64,000 bases of DNA, taken from positions 2,624,001-2,688,000 of the forward strand of contig CBDCTH010000012.1 of NCBI GenBank assembly GCA_965222155.1. The letters are read 5' to 3'. Under the pieces are notes generated by a model that did no database searches, was not told where the DNA came from, and saw only the letters and a program-made list of their open reading frames with translations. This document shows positions 51,988-63,110 of this stretch, one piece after another. The translations under genes and the position numbers were made by a program. The first letter of the stretch is position 1. The number at the start of each line of letters is the position of its first letter. The stretch is from Gammaproteobacteria bacterium (lineage in GTDB: Bacteria; Pseudomonadota; Gammaproteobacteria; Eutrophobiales; Eutrophobiaceae).

Positions 51988-53139
51988 TACGCGTCGCCGT
52001 CTCTCCTGAACTCCTCCGCTGGGCGCGTGAGCGATGCGGGCTGGCGCAGGAGGACCTTGCGACCAGGTTCAGGAAACTGCCGGAGTGGGAAGCAAGAGAG
52101 ATGCAGCCCACACTCAAGCAGGCCGAAGCATTTGCCCGCGCCGTTCATGTGCCTATTGGCTCTCTGTTTCTTACGGAACCGCCTGAGGAGTCTTTACCTA
52201 TACCTGATTTCCGAACGTTTGCCGGTCAGCCAATGTTGCGCCCTAGTCCGAACCTTTTGGATACTATCTATACCTGTCAGGGACGGCAGAGTTGGTATCG
52301 CAATTTCGCTCGCATCACTCAGACGCCGGAACTCGGATTCGTCGGCAGCGCCACAGTCAATATGTCTCCTGAAGAAGTGGCGGGTCGAATGCGGAGAACT
52401 CTCGGCTTTGACCTTGATGCTCGGCAGGATTGCCAGACATGGACGGATGCGCTCAGGTTGTTCATCCGTCAGGCCGACAAAATCGGTGTGCTTGTTATGG
52501 TTAGCGGAGTAATTATGAATAATACTCACCGCCGCCTTGATCCAACCGAATTTCGCGGTTTTGCGCTTTCCGACCCCGTAGCACCGTTGATCTTCATCAA
52601 TGGAGCGGATACGAAAGCGGCACAGCTATTCACGCTTGCCCATGAACTGGCGCATCTATGGCTTGGTGATTCGGCTTTATCTAACATTGAGGCAGCACCA
52701 CGACAAGGGTTTCGGCAGGAAGAGGTCTGGTGTAATGCCGTGGCTGCTGAATTGCTGGTACCCGTTGCCAGCCTGCGTACAGAGTTGCGTACTGGGGAGT
52801 TATTGTCCGATACGTTGCCGCCGCCTGGCGAGGAAGTTCAAAGTAAGCACTCTGGTCATCCTGCGGCGACTTCTTGATGCCGGCCAACTGGATCGATCTT
52901 CCTTCGAAGCAGCCTGGGACCAGGAGCGTAAACGTTTGAGAGAGATTGCTCAGAGAGGTAGTAGTGGTGGCGACTTTTACCGCACTACTATCGCCCGCGT
53001 AAGTCCCCGTTTTGCACATGCACTGATAATCAGCACACTGGAAGGTCAAACGCTTTATCGCGATGCTTTTCGGATGCTCGGTGTTTCCAAAACTGAAACC
53101 TTTAACAATCTCGGGCGTGAAGCTGGTGTTATAGGATGA
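51984..53139 (+). pseudogene. XRE-HTH + ImmA/IrrE metallopeptidase, frameshifted near 52820
   Basis: LRWARER HTH, FTLAHELAH (HExxH); C-terminal RLARKFKVS..GGDFY in another frame. Confidence 0.85.
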
Positions 53140-53445
53140 CCCTCTACCTCCTTGATGCAAACGTATTTATCCAAGCCAAGAACCTGCATTATGGTTTCGA
53201 TTTCTGTCCGGCATTCTGGGACTGGTTGATTCAGCAGAACCAGGTTGGCAGGGTTGCCAGTATTGAGAAGGTTGCAGACGAACTGCAGGCGGGTGGAGAT
53301 GAACTGGCGGAATGGGCCAGGTATCGTGGCGATAGCTTTTTTCTAAGACCAGACGACACCGTGGTGGGCGCATTTGATACTGTCAGCGACGATTGGGCGA
53401 ATAGATAAGGCTATGAACCCGGCGCTGTCGCTACATTTCTTTATG
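53136..53445 (+). pseudogene. DUF4411 PIN-like protein, premature TAA (53406) and truncated
   Basis: YLLDANVFIQAKNLHYGFDFCPAFWDWL; frame continues GYEPGAVATFL past the stop, then similarity ends. Confidence 0.8.
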
Positions 53446-53634
53446 CTACGCCGGGAAGAGTCTGCCACAAGTGATCAGGGAGGACCTGCGGTAGCCTATA
53501 AGCCCTAGCATTTCGGGCTGATCAGCGGGAGCGGGTCAGAATAAGACCTTTCAAAAAAGCTATATCAATGTATTTTAAAAAACACTTTTTGATGTGTATT
53601 ATATATCGATATTCACATCAGAAACGAGGCGACT

Positions 53635-53883
53635 ATGGAGACTCTTCTTACCAACAAGACCATATCAGTAACCGAGTTACGTGAACCCAGGAAAGTTATC
53701 GACAAGGCGGGTTCTCAACCTGTGGCGGTTCTTAATCGTTCAAATGTAGTGGGATACTTTATCCCAGCAAGTGCTGTGGAAAAACTGGATTTCAGTGCAT
53801 GTGAATCTGATGAAGTGATGGCTGCCTTGGATACGCTCGACCATAAGGCGCTGGCGGTAAACGACTACCTCAAAGACAAGTAA
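53635..53883 (+). CDS. Phd/StbD-like antitoxin
   Basis: TISVTELR..PVAVLNR; TAATG-coupled to doc remnant. Confidence 0.8.
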   Translation: METLLTNKTISVTELREPRKVIDKAGSQPVAVLNRSNVVGYFIPASAVEKLDFSACESDEVMAALDTLDHKALAVNDYLKDK

Positions 53884-53970
53884 TGCGCTATATCACGGCT
53901 GAGCAAGTCGTCACCATACACGAACGCGTGATACGGGTCACGAGCTATAGGGTGTAGCGAACAACCGGCG
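53883..53970 (+). pseudogene. Doc/Fic toxin N-terminal remnant
   Basis: MRYITAEQVVTIHERVI, then shifted HEL*GVA. Confidence 0.65.
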
Positions 53971-53992
53971 CGGGTAAGCCAGGGCAGCCCCG

Positions 53993-54298
53993 CTATATTA
54001 CGTCAGCATGGCCATGCAACGCGCGTAAGGCGTGGTCCGGATCTGCATGCAGAATTCTCAGCAGCGCCCGGGCCGGGCCGGCCGGCGTCCTGCGACCCTG
54101 TTCCCAGTTTTCCAGCGTGCGTTTGCTGACACCAATCAGTGCAGCAAAATGCTTCTGGCTCAGGCCGGTATTCTCGCGGATCTGTCTGACCTCAGGCTCA
54201 GTAAACCGGGTTACCCTGCCAGGTGCCAGCTCGCCCTGAATTATCTGGTCCATCTCATGCATGCTTTTGAGCAGCTCATTGAACAGTTCATTTTTCAT
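53993..54298 (-). CDS. higA: HigA-like HTH antitoxin
   Basis: LFNELLKS..IRENTGLSQKHFAALIGVSKRTLENWEQGRR. Confidence 0.85.
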   Translation of the reverse strand: MKNELFNELLKSMHEMDQIIQGELAPGRVTRFTEPEVRQIRENTGLSQKHFAALIGVSKRTLENWEQGRRTPAGPARALLRILHADPDHALRALHGHADVI

Positions 54299-54614
54299 CT
54301 GACCACCTCTTTGCTATTAATTTCAGGGCTTTCTTTTGCTCTGACGTCAACTCTTTCTGCTGACTCTTCGGATAGATATACAGCATGAGAATCTGCTCAT
54401 CACCCATGAGCCCATAATAAATCACCCTGACACCCCCTCTCTTGCCCCGGCCTCTCCGCATCCAGCGGATTTTTCTCAATCCTCCGGTGCCTTGTATGAT
54501 ATCGCCCAGGTCCGGGCGATATACCAGGACCTCCTGCAGTTTCCTGTACTCATCATCATTCAACAGTTTTTTGACAAGCCTGGTGAAGGCAGGGGTCTCT
54601 ATAAATTCCAGCAT
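54288..54614 (-). CDS. higB: RelE/HigB-2-like toxin
   Basis: FIETPAF..GTGGLRKIRW..GKRGGVRVIYY..YPKS; toxin-first order. Confidence 0.85.
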   Translation of the reverse strand: MLEFIETPAFTRLVKKLLNDDEYRKLQEVLVYRPDLGDIIQGTGGLRKIRWMRRGRGKRGGVRVIYYGLMGDEQILMLYIYPKSQQKELTSEQKKALKLIAKRWSDEK

Positions 54615-54719
54615 CACACTCAGCATAATACGCCTTAGGCGTACTTCTGTCAAGAGACAGAGACAGAGCCTGTATGGGTCCACCACATATTGCACTTTTG
54701 CTGTTTTTGAATGACCCGC

Positions 54720-55054
54720 GTTCAAAGCACTGCCGGGCGACCCAGCGGGTCAGCCGGGGGACATCCAGGGCCCGGGCATCATAACTGACTTCGTCAATGC
54801 AGGTCAGGCTATAGCGGATCAGCGACCTCGGACGCCGCGCCGCACACCCGGGCTGAAACAGCACATGAACCTGCTCCTTACCCAGGTTCAGCAACGCCAC
54901 TGGCCAGGCCCGATGCCCCTTCGGTCTGATAAGCGTGCTTCCAATGATACAACGTTCGGCGTCTCTTGCCCGACTAGTCCAGCACCGCCGCCAGACCGTG
55001 TTTCTCCCAGAATTCAAGGACCCGGAGACGGTGCTGCGCAATGTCGTTGTTCAT
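54720..55054 (-). pseudogene. Fused transposase remnants (IS481-like N-terminal HTH; IstB-like fragment)
   Basis: MNNDIAQHRLRVLEFWEKHGLAAVLD*SGKRRRTLYHWK; downstream LIRYSLTCIDEVSY. Confidence 0.55.
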
Positions 55055-55322
55055 CCCTGTTGTTATCGCATAACCACTCCAATAATAAAACCCCCTGATG
55101 CCAAAACCCATATGCTGTGATTGCACTAACTTGTCTCTCCCGTATAGTGCAATATGTTTCTAAACTTAATACAAAAAACGGATTGATAATGCTTTTCGAC
55201 AACACTGTAAAAGTTGACAAGTGATGCCTGTTTCGAGTGGTTATTCCGGGATATGAATCAATATGATTGGCTTGACTCAGATTCATTAGGTACATGAATG
55301 CACCTGATTGCGGCAAGATGAT

Positions 55323-55405
55323 TTAGTAATGATAACGACATTGCACGGCAATAATCGCTTCCTCCGTCACCTCATAGACCAGACGTCGGGGCAAGATCAT
55401 ACTTT
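55323..55405 (-). pseudogene. YoeB/Txe toxin C-terminal remnant
   Basis: Hand translation KYDLA../RRLVYEVTEEAIIAVQCRYHY*. Confidence 0.65.
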
Positions 55406-55417
55406 TAGAGTCCCTCA

Positions 55418-55746
55418 TAGGGGATCAGTAAACCCCTCGCTTTTAGGCGATGTCAGTGCCAGTACTATGGTGTCATGGAAGATTATAAACGAAGCAGTCA
55501 TACGGTGTGGGATTGTGAGTATCACTTGGTGTGGATGATGAAGTATCGTTATCAGATGTTGGGCGAGGGGCTACTGGGTAGCAAACAGTGGGCATGTGAC
55601 ATATGAGGTATGGTAGAAATATATCGAAGATCAACAGGCGCCGGAGTCGGACGATACCTTTGGGGTGGTGTAATTGGCTGGACGGCCGATCAATCCGATT
55701 TACAGCTGTAATTGGAAGCTACCGTCTTTAGGCGGTGGAGTATTCA
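55418..55746 (+). mobile_element. Internally deleted IS200/IS605 element
   Basis: MEDYKRSSHTVWDCEYHLVW..KYRY joined to SGHVTYEVW*KYIEDQ; terminal hairpins CGCTTTTAGGCG and ACCGTCTTTAGGCGGT. Confidence 0.75.
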
Positions 55747-55761
55747 CATTTGAAAAATACT

Positions 55762-56358
55762 ATGAATAAGTCCAAAAGATTAGTGCAACAGAACTGGCGC
55801 GACTGGCTGAGAATGGCGGAAGGCACGCTGGCGGGTGCGTCTCAAATGGTGTGGCAAAATCGAGACGAGATGAATGGGCAGCGGACTCTTTTTGCCAAGG
55901 TGACCGGGCCAGCATTTATGTCAGAGAACGAATGGCGCAACGCTATTACCTGGTCAGGCGCCACGCTTCTCTCGCTTTCAGCGGAACAGAGCATGAAAGC
56001 ACTCATTATCAAGGCAAGCTCAAACGGCGAATGCTGCAAAACGCATGATCTGAAATTGCTTTGGAATGAACTATGCCAGAAGGACAGGCAAGGTATCGAG
56101 AAAACGGCACGACAACTTCATGAGTACACAATGGGAACGCGACTCGCAGAGGGTCCCCAACTGACGGGAATCAGGCAAATTGAGAAAATTATTGATCACC
56201 ATCGAACTACATTCGAGCATGCACGTTACTACAAGGATACCCAACGAAATACTCAGCAGAACGCTCTGACCGGAAATTTAGAACTCTGGAAATTCGCACT
56301 GTCCGCGTTGATGTATGCAAAGAAACTGGCCTCAGACGACTGGCAACTTAGTCGATAG
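55762..56358 (+). CDS. Putative HEPN-like domain protein
   Basis: LSAEQSMKAL..KTHDLKLLW..FEHARY matches the E-x2-(L/M)KA / HDL / RY pattern. Confidence 0.6.
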   Translation: MNKSKRLVQQNWRDWLRMAEGTLAGASQMVWQNRDEMNGQRTLFAKVTGPAFMSENEWRNAITWSGATLLSLSAEQSMKALIIKASSNGECCKTHDLKLLWNELCQKDRQGIEKTARQLHEYTMGTRLAEGPQLTGIRQIEKIIDHHRTTFEHARYYKDTQRNTQQNALTGNLELWKFALSALMYAKKLASDDWQLSR

Positions 56359-56558
56359 ATGGTTAGGAAATTACAATGAGCATTTACACTCCGCTTCGCT
56401 CTGCCTGCCAGAGTACAAGATAAATGTGGTGTTACTTTCGTTCGCTATTGTGCCGTCCCAGAAATAACTATGCATAATCTTTCTACTTTGCTCAGGATGG
56501 ACTCAGCAGTCGCAGTTCAAACAAAAGGACGGGTATTCGCATTGTAGTTGGTCGGCTA

Positions 56559-56812
56559 GGGTCGGACCATCGTAATCTATCGTAATCTATTGATCTTATT
56601 ATATAGAATGTTACTTATGGCCCTGTTTTAAGGCTTATAACGCGTTTTTGACTGTGAAAAACATCACTTTAAGACAGACCAACAGGCTACGATAGTCAGC
56701 GACATTTCTTATAATACTCATTTACATGGCAAAAAATGCCCTTTAAGGTTTAAAAAAGGCCATAAATAGTAGAATAAATTAATGAAATCATATAGTTACC
56801 CTGGTCCGACCC
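56559..56812. mobile_element. AT-rich non-coding MITE-like element with long imperfect inverted termini
   Basis: GGGTCGGACCA/TGGTCCGACCC plus inner GTAA..TAT.TGAT and TTATGGCC/GGCCATAA symmetry. Confidence 0.55.
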
Positions 56813-57008
56813 CCACAGACCCACAGACACAGAGACCGTATGTTAAAATTTGGCTAATGACTCGCATCACTGTCAACACAGGAGAGTTAGAACCGGAAGC
56901 AACCAGTGCAAAATTTGCACAGGTTCAATCCGAGGGTGGACGGACAGTCAACCGTCAAGTGTATTCCTTCGTCCGGTTGGAACTCACCATGCCAGTAGAA
57001 GTAAATCC

Positions 57009-60000
57009 GTGACTGTATTAACCGAATCAGTCGTGGAAGATGCCGCTCTCGATTGGCTGCGGGGGTTGGGATACAACGTCATCGCCGGGCCGGATATGCC
57101 GCCGGGACCTTATGCCCTGCGTGAAAGTTATTCCGACGTGGTTTTTGCATCAACCTTGCGAGGCGCATTGGGACGCGTCAACCCAAACCTCCCAGGCGAA
57201 GCCCTGGATGATGCGTTTCGCAGGCTGACCCGCCCGGAGGGTTCCACGCTGGAGGCCCGCAACCGGGCTTTTCATCGCCTGCTGGTGGATGGCGTCACGG
57301 TGGAATATCGCAATGCTGAAGGCGCCGTTCGTGGAGCGCAGGCACGGGTGATCGATTTCGATGAACCGGATAGAAACGACTGGCTTGCTGTCAACTAGTT
57401 CACCGTCACCGAGAATAAGCATGAGCGCCGTCCGGACGTCGTGCTGTTCATCAATGGTCTGCCGCTTGCGTTGATTGAACTCAAGAACCCGGCGCATGAG
57501 GATGCCACGGTCTGGAATGCCTGGCAGCAACTCCAGACGTATAAAAGCGAGTTGCCGACCTTGTATGCTTTCAATGCGGCGCTCATAGTCTCGGACGGTG
57601 TGAATGCGCGCATCGGCTCGCTCACTGCCGGCAGGGAGTGGTTCAAGCCGTAGCGAACGATTGGCGGTCAGGAACTGGCGCCGGTGTTTCTGCCTGATCT
57701 CCAGGTATTGATCGAAGGGGTATTGGAAAAACGCCGATTTCTCTCTCTCCTGCGTGACTTCATTGTATTTGAGGACGACGGCAGCGGCATGCTGGTAAAG
57801 AAGATGGCAGGTTACCACCAGTTTCATGCGGTGGAGGTGGCGGTTGCGGAAACCTTGCGGGCTGCCGAACTCAAGCAGGCTGAAGAGCCAGGCCGGTATG
57901 AATCGGGCCGCAAACCGGGTGGCGCGCCGGGGGACCGTCGCATCGGCGTAGTCTGGCACACCCAGGGTTCGGGTAAAAGTCTGACCATGGCTTTCTATGC
58001 AGGGCGTATCATCCGCGAACCGGTAATGGGGAACCCGACCGTCGTGGTAATGACCGACCGCAATGACCTGGATGATCAGCTTTTCGGCACATTCACAAGA
58101 TGCCAGGACCTGTTACGCCAACCACCGGCATAGGCAGAAAACCGGGCGGATTTGCGCGCAAAGCTCGCGGTGAAATCCGGCGGCGTAGTGTTTACCACTA
58201 TCCAGAAGTTCTTCCCGGAAGATAAAGGAGACCGCCATCCGGTACTGTCAGGTCGGCGCAATATTGTAGTAATTGCCGACGAGGCACACCGCAGCCAGTA
58301 CGACTTCATTGACGGATTCGCGCGGCATATGCGCGACGCGCTACCCAATGCCTCCTTTGTCGGTTTCACCGGAACGCCGATCGAGCTTCAGGATGCCAAC
58401 ACCCGTGCAGTGTTCGGCGACTATATCAGCATCTACGACATTCAGCGCGCTGTCGAGGACGAGGCGACTGTACCGATATACTACGAGAGCAGGCTTGCAA
58501 AGCTCACACTTGATGAGAGTGAACGCCCGAATATTGACACCGGTTTTGAGGAAGCCACTGAAGGGGAAGAAATCGCACGCAAGGAAAAACTCAAGACCAG
58601 GTGGGCGCAACTTGAAGCGATTATAGGCGCGGACAAGCGACTGGCGCTTGTGGCCCAGGATATCGTTATGCACTTCGAGGCACGCCTGGAAGCCATGCAA
58701 GGCAAAGCGATGATAGTTTGTATGAGCAGACGCATTTGTATCGACCTTTATCGTGAACTGGTACGACTTCGTCCTGACTGGCATCACGATGACGACGGCA
58801 AGGGTTACCTCAAGGTCGTAATGACCGGCGCAGCGTCAGACCCGCCGGATTAGCAGGCACATATTCGTAACAAACATCGACGCGAGATGCTGGCGAAACG
58901 TTTTCGCGACACCGTTGATCCTTTCAATATGGTACTGGTCCGTGACATGTGGCTGACCGGTTTTGACGCGCCCAGTCTGCATACCATGTACGTCGATAAG
59001 CCGATGCGCGGCCACGGACTGATGCAGGCGATTGCGCGGGTCAACCGGGTGTTTATGGACAAACCCGGTGGCCTGGTCGTTGATTACCTGGGGCTTGCCC
59101 ACGAACTCAAGCGGGCGCTTGCGACCTATACCGAAAGTGGTGGTACCGGGCAGACAGCGCTCAACCAGACGGAAGCGGTAGCAGTTATGCTTGAGAAATT
59201 CGAGATTTGTTGTGGTTTGTTCCATGGCTTCGACCGTTCCAAGTGGGTCACGGGCACACCAGCAGAACGACTGACCCTCTTGCCGACCGCGCAGGAACAC
59301 ATCCTGGCACAGGAGAACGGTAAAGATCGCTGTATACAATCGGTGCGCGCACTATCCCATGCCTTCGCCCTGGCGGTACCCCATGAGGAAGCGATCCGCA
59401 TACGCGCTGACGTGGCTTTCTTTCAAGCCGTCCAATCAGTGCTCGCCAAGCGTGCTCCGGCTGAGGCACGGCCTGAAGAGGATTTGGATCATGCCGTCCG
59501 ACAGATCATCTCCCGCGCAGTAGCTTCAGAGGGAGTCATCGATATTTTCGCCGCTGCAGGATTGAAAAAGCCCGACATCTCTATCCTCTCTGACGAGTTT
59601 CTCGCTGAGGTACGCGGCATGCCGCAACGCAACCTCGCGGTTGAACTGTTACAAAAGCTATTGAAGGGCGAGTTGTCCGCTCGTCGTCGCAAGAATATCG
59701 TCCAGGCCCGCTCTTTCGCAGAGATGCTGGAACAAACTCTTCGTCGTTACCAGAATCGCGCCGTCGAGGCCGCACAGGTGATTGAAGAACTGATCCAACT
59801 GGCACGGGAACTGCGCGAGGCGAATGCCCGTGGCGAAAAACTAGGCTTGGAGGAAGATGAACTTGCTTTCTATGATGCCCTTGAGACCAATGACAGTGCA
59901 GTTCAGGTGCTTGGTGATGAGACTCTCAGGACAATAGCGCGAGAACTGGTCGAAACCGTGCGTAGTAACGTTACTATCGATTGGACGCTTCGTGAGAATG

Positions 60001-60131
60001 TGCGCGCCCATCTTCGCCGCCTGGTCAAACGCATCCTGCGCAAGTATGGTTACCCGCCGGATAAGCAGGAGAAAGCGACACGGACGGTCTTGGAACAGGC
60101 AGAGGTGTTATCCGCCGAATGGGCAGTCTAA
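57009..60131 (+). pseudogene. hsdR: Type I RM restriction subunit, single frame with four in-frame TAG codons
   Basis: [50 protein letters not shown]; TAG at 57396, 57651, 58131, 58851. Confidence 0.92.
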
Positions 60132-62182
60132 TTTTCAGCCAACACCAATAATTCCACACCTTCATCCACCATGTCGTCTGTCCGGTAGTGTAACGACTGC
60201 ACCGTACCGTCATGGGGCGCGGCAATGATGTGTTCTATCTTCATGGCTTCAAGTATCAGGAGCGCATCGCCTTTTTTGACCTGTTGTCCTGCTGCCGCCA
60301 TTACCTCGATGACCCTGCCCGGCATGGGTGAGATGAGGGTGCCGGATGCTTCCTCTTCACTGGAATAACCGGTGTCTGTTACCTGTTTCAGCCGGTATGT
60401 TTGATCCGAATTAAATATGATCAAATGTTCATGGTCTTCAACCACAGCGGTACGCCATTGTGTATTATCCAGCATTGCGACCAGTCCGCGGTCCGGCTCA
60501 AGCCTGCCGCATGCCCGGATTACCTTGCCGCCGGTGCGGATCAGACAGTCATTCCCGGAATGCCCCGGTTTATTGTTTTCAGTGGAAGGATACGGATCAG
60601 TGAAATGACGCTTGCCTGCAACAGTAACTCCGACTTCGTGTTCCCTGACGCCGTCGTGGAACCTGAAGTGTTCTTCTTCGACCAAGTTGAGGCGCCAACT
60701 GTCCGTCGCACACCAGGGAGAAGTCGGATCGGCTGAAATCGCCGCATTTTCGCCGGCCAGGCAGGTGCGCCGGAGGACCTGGTACAGCGCGGCCAGGCTG
60801 AGGATTTCAGGGGACGCCGGTTCATTACCCGGAGACAGGTCAGCCTGGTGACGTTCGATAAAGCCGGTATCGAACTCTGCCGTCTGGAATGCTTGATGGG
60901 AGATGATCGAGGCGAGAAAATCAATGTTGGTCGTGACCCCGGCCACCTGAGTTTGACGTAACGCCTCAACCATACGGCGCAGGCAGTTGCTACGGTCCTT
61001 GTCCCATACGATCAGTTTCGCGATCATCGGATCATAATGGACAGAGATGGTGTCCCCCTGCCGTACCCCGGTGTCTACCCGGACATGGGTTGTTGTCTCC
61101 GGGAAGCGCAAGTGGTTCAGGCGGCCGGTTGCAGGCAGGAAATGGTTGTCCGGGTCTTCCGCATAGATACGCGCCTCCAGGGCATGGCCGTTGATGGCAA
61201 GCTGTTCCCGGTTTGCCGGAAGCGGTTCTCCGGCGGCTACCCGTAATTGCCATTCGACCAGGTCCTGGCCGGTGATTAATTCGGTGACCGGGTGCTCGAC
61301 CTGCAGACGGGTGTTCATTTCCATGAAGTAAAACCTGCCGTTATTATCGACAATGAACTCCACCGTACCAGCCCCGGCGTAATCTATGGCCCGGGCTGCG
61401 GTGATTGCAGCGTCGCCCATTGCAGTACGTGTTTCATGTGTCATACCGGGGGCGGGCGCTTCTTCCAGTACTTTCTGATGGCGCCGCTGGATCGAGCAGT
61501 CCCGTTCAAACAGGTGTACTGCATTGCCGTGATTGTCACAAAAAATCTGGATCTCTATATGCCGGGGTTTTTCCAGGTATCTCTCAAGCAACATCCTGTC
61601 ATCATTGAAAGCGGCAAGCGCTTCCCGCTTGGCAGACCGCAGCGCAGCGCTGAATTCCCCTGCACTGTTGACTACCCGCATCCCTCTGCCGCCACCGCCG
61701 GCCGAGGCCTTGAGCATGACCGGAAAACCGATTTTTTCCGCCTCATTGAGCAGGATTGCCTCGTCCTGGTTATCACCGTGGTATCCGGGGACCAGGGGTA
61801 TTCCGGCCTGCTGCATGATGTTTTTAGCCGCCGATTTTGATCCCATCATCTCGATTGCCCGGGGAGGAGGACCGATAAATACGAATCCTTCTGCAACACA
61901 GGCTTCGGCAAACCCGGCATTCTCGGACAGGAAGCCGTAACCGGGGTGAATAGCCTCGGCGCCGGCGCGTTTGGCAGCCTCCAGCAGTTTTTCCGCAACC
62001 AGGTAGCTGTCCCGGGCCGACGCGGGTCCTATTGCAATGGCTTCATCGGCAAGGCTTACGTGCCGTGCGTTGACGTCAGCCTCCGAGTAAACCGCGACCG
62101 ACTTGACGCCCAGCCGGTTCGCCGTATGGATGATCCGACAGGCGATCTCTCCGCGATTAGCGATTAATATCTTATTAAACAT
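60128..62182 (-). CDS. liuD: 3-methylcrotonyl-CoA carboxylase alpha (biotin carboxylase + BCCP)
   Basis: [37 protein letters not shown] biotin motif; follows liuBC. Confidence 0.88.
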   Translation of the reverse strand: MFNKILIANRGEIACRIIHTANRLGVKSVAVYSEADVNARHVSLADEAIAIGPASARDSYLVAEKLLEAAKRAGAEAIHPGYGFLSENAGFAEACVAEGFVFIGPPPRAIEMMGSKSAAKNIMQQAGIPLVPGYHGDNQDEAILLNEAEKIGFPVMLKASAGGGGRGMRVVNSAGEFSAALRSAKREALAAFNDDRMLLERYLEKPRHIEIQIFCDNHGNAVHLFERDCSIQRRHQKVLEEAPAPGMTHETRTAMGDAAITAARAIDYAGAGTVEFIVDNNGRFYFMEMNTRLQVEHPVTELITGQDLVEWQLRVAAGEPLPANREQLAINGHALEARIYAEDPDNHFLPATGRLNHLRFPETTTHVRVDTGVRQGDTISVHYDPMIAKLIVWDKDRSNCLRRMVEALRQTQVAGVTTNIDFLASIISHQAFQTAEFDTGFIERHQADLSPGNEPASPEILSLAALYQVLRRTCLAGENAAISADPTSPWCATDSWRLNLVEEEHFRFHDGVREHEVGVTVAGKRHFTDPYPSTENNKPGHSGNDCLIRTGGKVIRACGRLEPDRGLVAMLDNTQWRTAVVEDHEHLIIFNSDQTYRLKQVTDTGYSSEEEASGTLISPMPGRVIEVMAAAGQQVKKGDALLILEAMKIEHIIAAPHDGTVQSLHYRTDDMVDEGVELLVLAEN

Positions 62183-62266
62183 TAATGAACGGGATCACAG
62201 AGTGTATCGTTATAAAAAATAATCATTATTATCCTGTACATCCTGTACATCCATGTTAAATAACAA

Positions 62267-63064
62267 TCACTTCAGCCACGCCGGTTTGCGCTTTTCCAGG
62301 AAGGCGGACAGACCTTCTTTGCCTTCCTCAGAGGCGCGTATATCGGCGATGCCCTCGCTGGTCTTTTGCAAAAGCTCCCGGGTTATCGGCTTGCCTGCTA
62401 CGTCAAACACCAGTTGTTTTGCCGCTTTCACCGCCTCGGAACTGTTGGCCAGTATGAGGTCGATGGTTTTTTCCACGGCCTCATCCAGCCCGGATTCATC
62501 CATGACCTCTGATACAAGGCCGATTTCCGTGGCTCTACGGGCGTCAAAGCGTTCCGCCGTCTGGAAATAACAACGCGCCTGTTTCTCGCCGATCGCACGT
62601 ATCGCGTAGGGACTGATAGTGGCGGGGATCAAGCCGAGTTTCACTTCACTGAAAGCAAACACGGCATTGTCGGCAGCCAGAGCTATGTCACAGCACGACA
62701 CCAGGCCGCAACCACCCCCCATGGCCGCACCCTGCACCCTGGCAATGGTAGGGACAGGGAGAAAGTTAAGCTTGTAAAGCAATTCAGCCAGGGCATTCGC
62801 ATCACGGACGTTTTCGGCGCGTGTGTACCCGGCCATACGTTTCATCCAGTCCAGGTCTGCGCCTGCGGAGAAATTTCTGCCGCTGGAGCGCAATACCATC
62901 AGTCTGCACTGGTCGTCATTACGGATATCGTCCAGGGCGGCGCTCAATTCCGTAATAAAATCTTCATTAAAGGCATTGTGTTTATCGGGGCGGTTCAACG
63001 TAATTGTTGCCGTATTCCGAGCATCGGTTGTATATGTGATATATGTGTATGACATAGCGCTCAT
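62267..63064 (-). CDS. liuC: Methylglutaconyl-CoA hydratase (crotonase family)
   Basis: FSAGADLDWM, GGGCGL, SEVKLGLIPATISPY. Confidence 0.85.
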   Translation of the reverse strand: MSAMSYTYITYTTDARNTATITLNRPDKHNAFNEDFITELSAALDDIRNDDQCRLMVLRSSGRNFSAGADLDWMKRMAGYTRAENVRDANALAELLYKLNFLPVPTIARVQGAAMGGGCGLVSCCDIALAADNAVFAFSEVKLGLIPATISPYAIRAIGEKQARCYFQTAERFDARRATEIGLVSEVMDESGLDEAVEKTIDLILANSSEAVKAAKQLVFDVAGKPITRELLQKTSEGIADIRASEEGKEGLSAFLEKRKPAWLK

Positions 63065-63110
63065 ATATTTAAGAAAACTCTGACTTAATCAGAGGTTCCT
63101 ATAATAAAAG

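Noticed and set aside
56360-56440. Integron attC site after the HEPN-like ORF
   Set aside because: CACTCCGCTTCGCTC is suggestive, but there are no properly paired RYYYAAC/GTTRRRY boxes and no integrase
48328-60131. Genome-wide TAG reassignment
   Set aside because: TAG terminates normal genes here (res, thiolase, Phd, metY, MFS, liuD), and the internal TAGs map to two different expected residues (Trp, Gln)
57009-60131. Five separate hsdR-like genes
   Set aside because: All ORF pieces are in one frame, and conserved sequence continues straight through each stop
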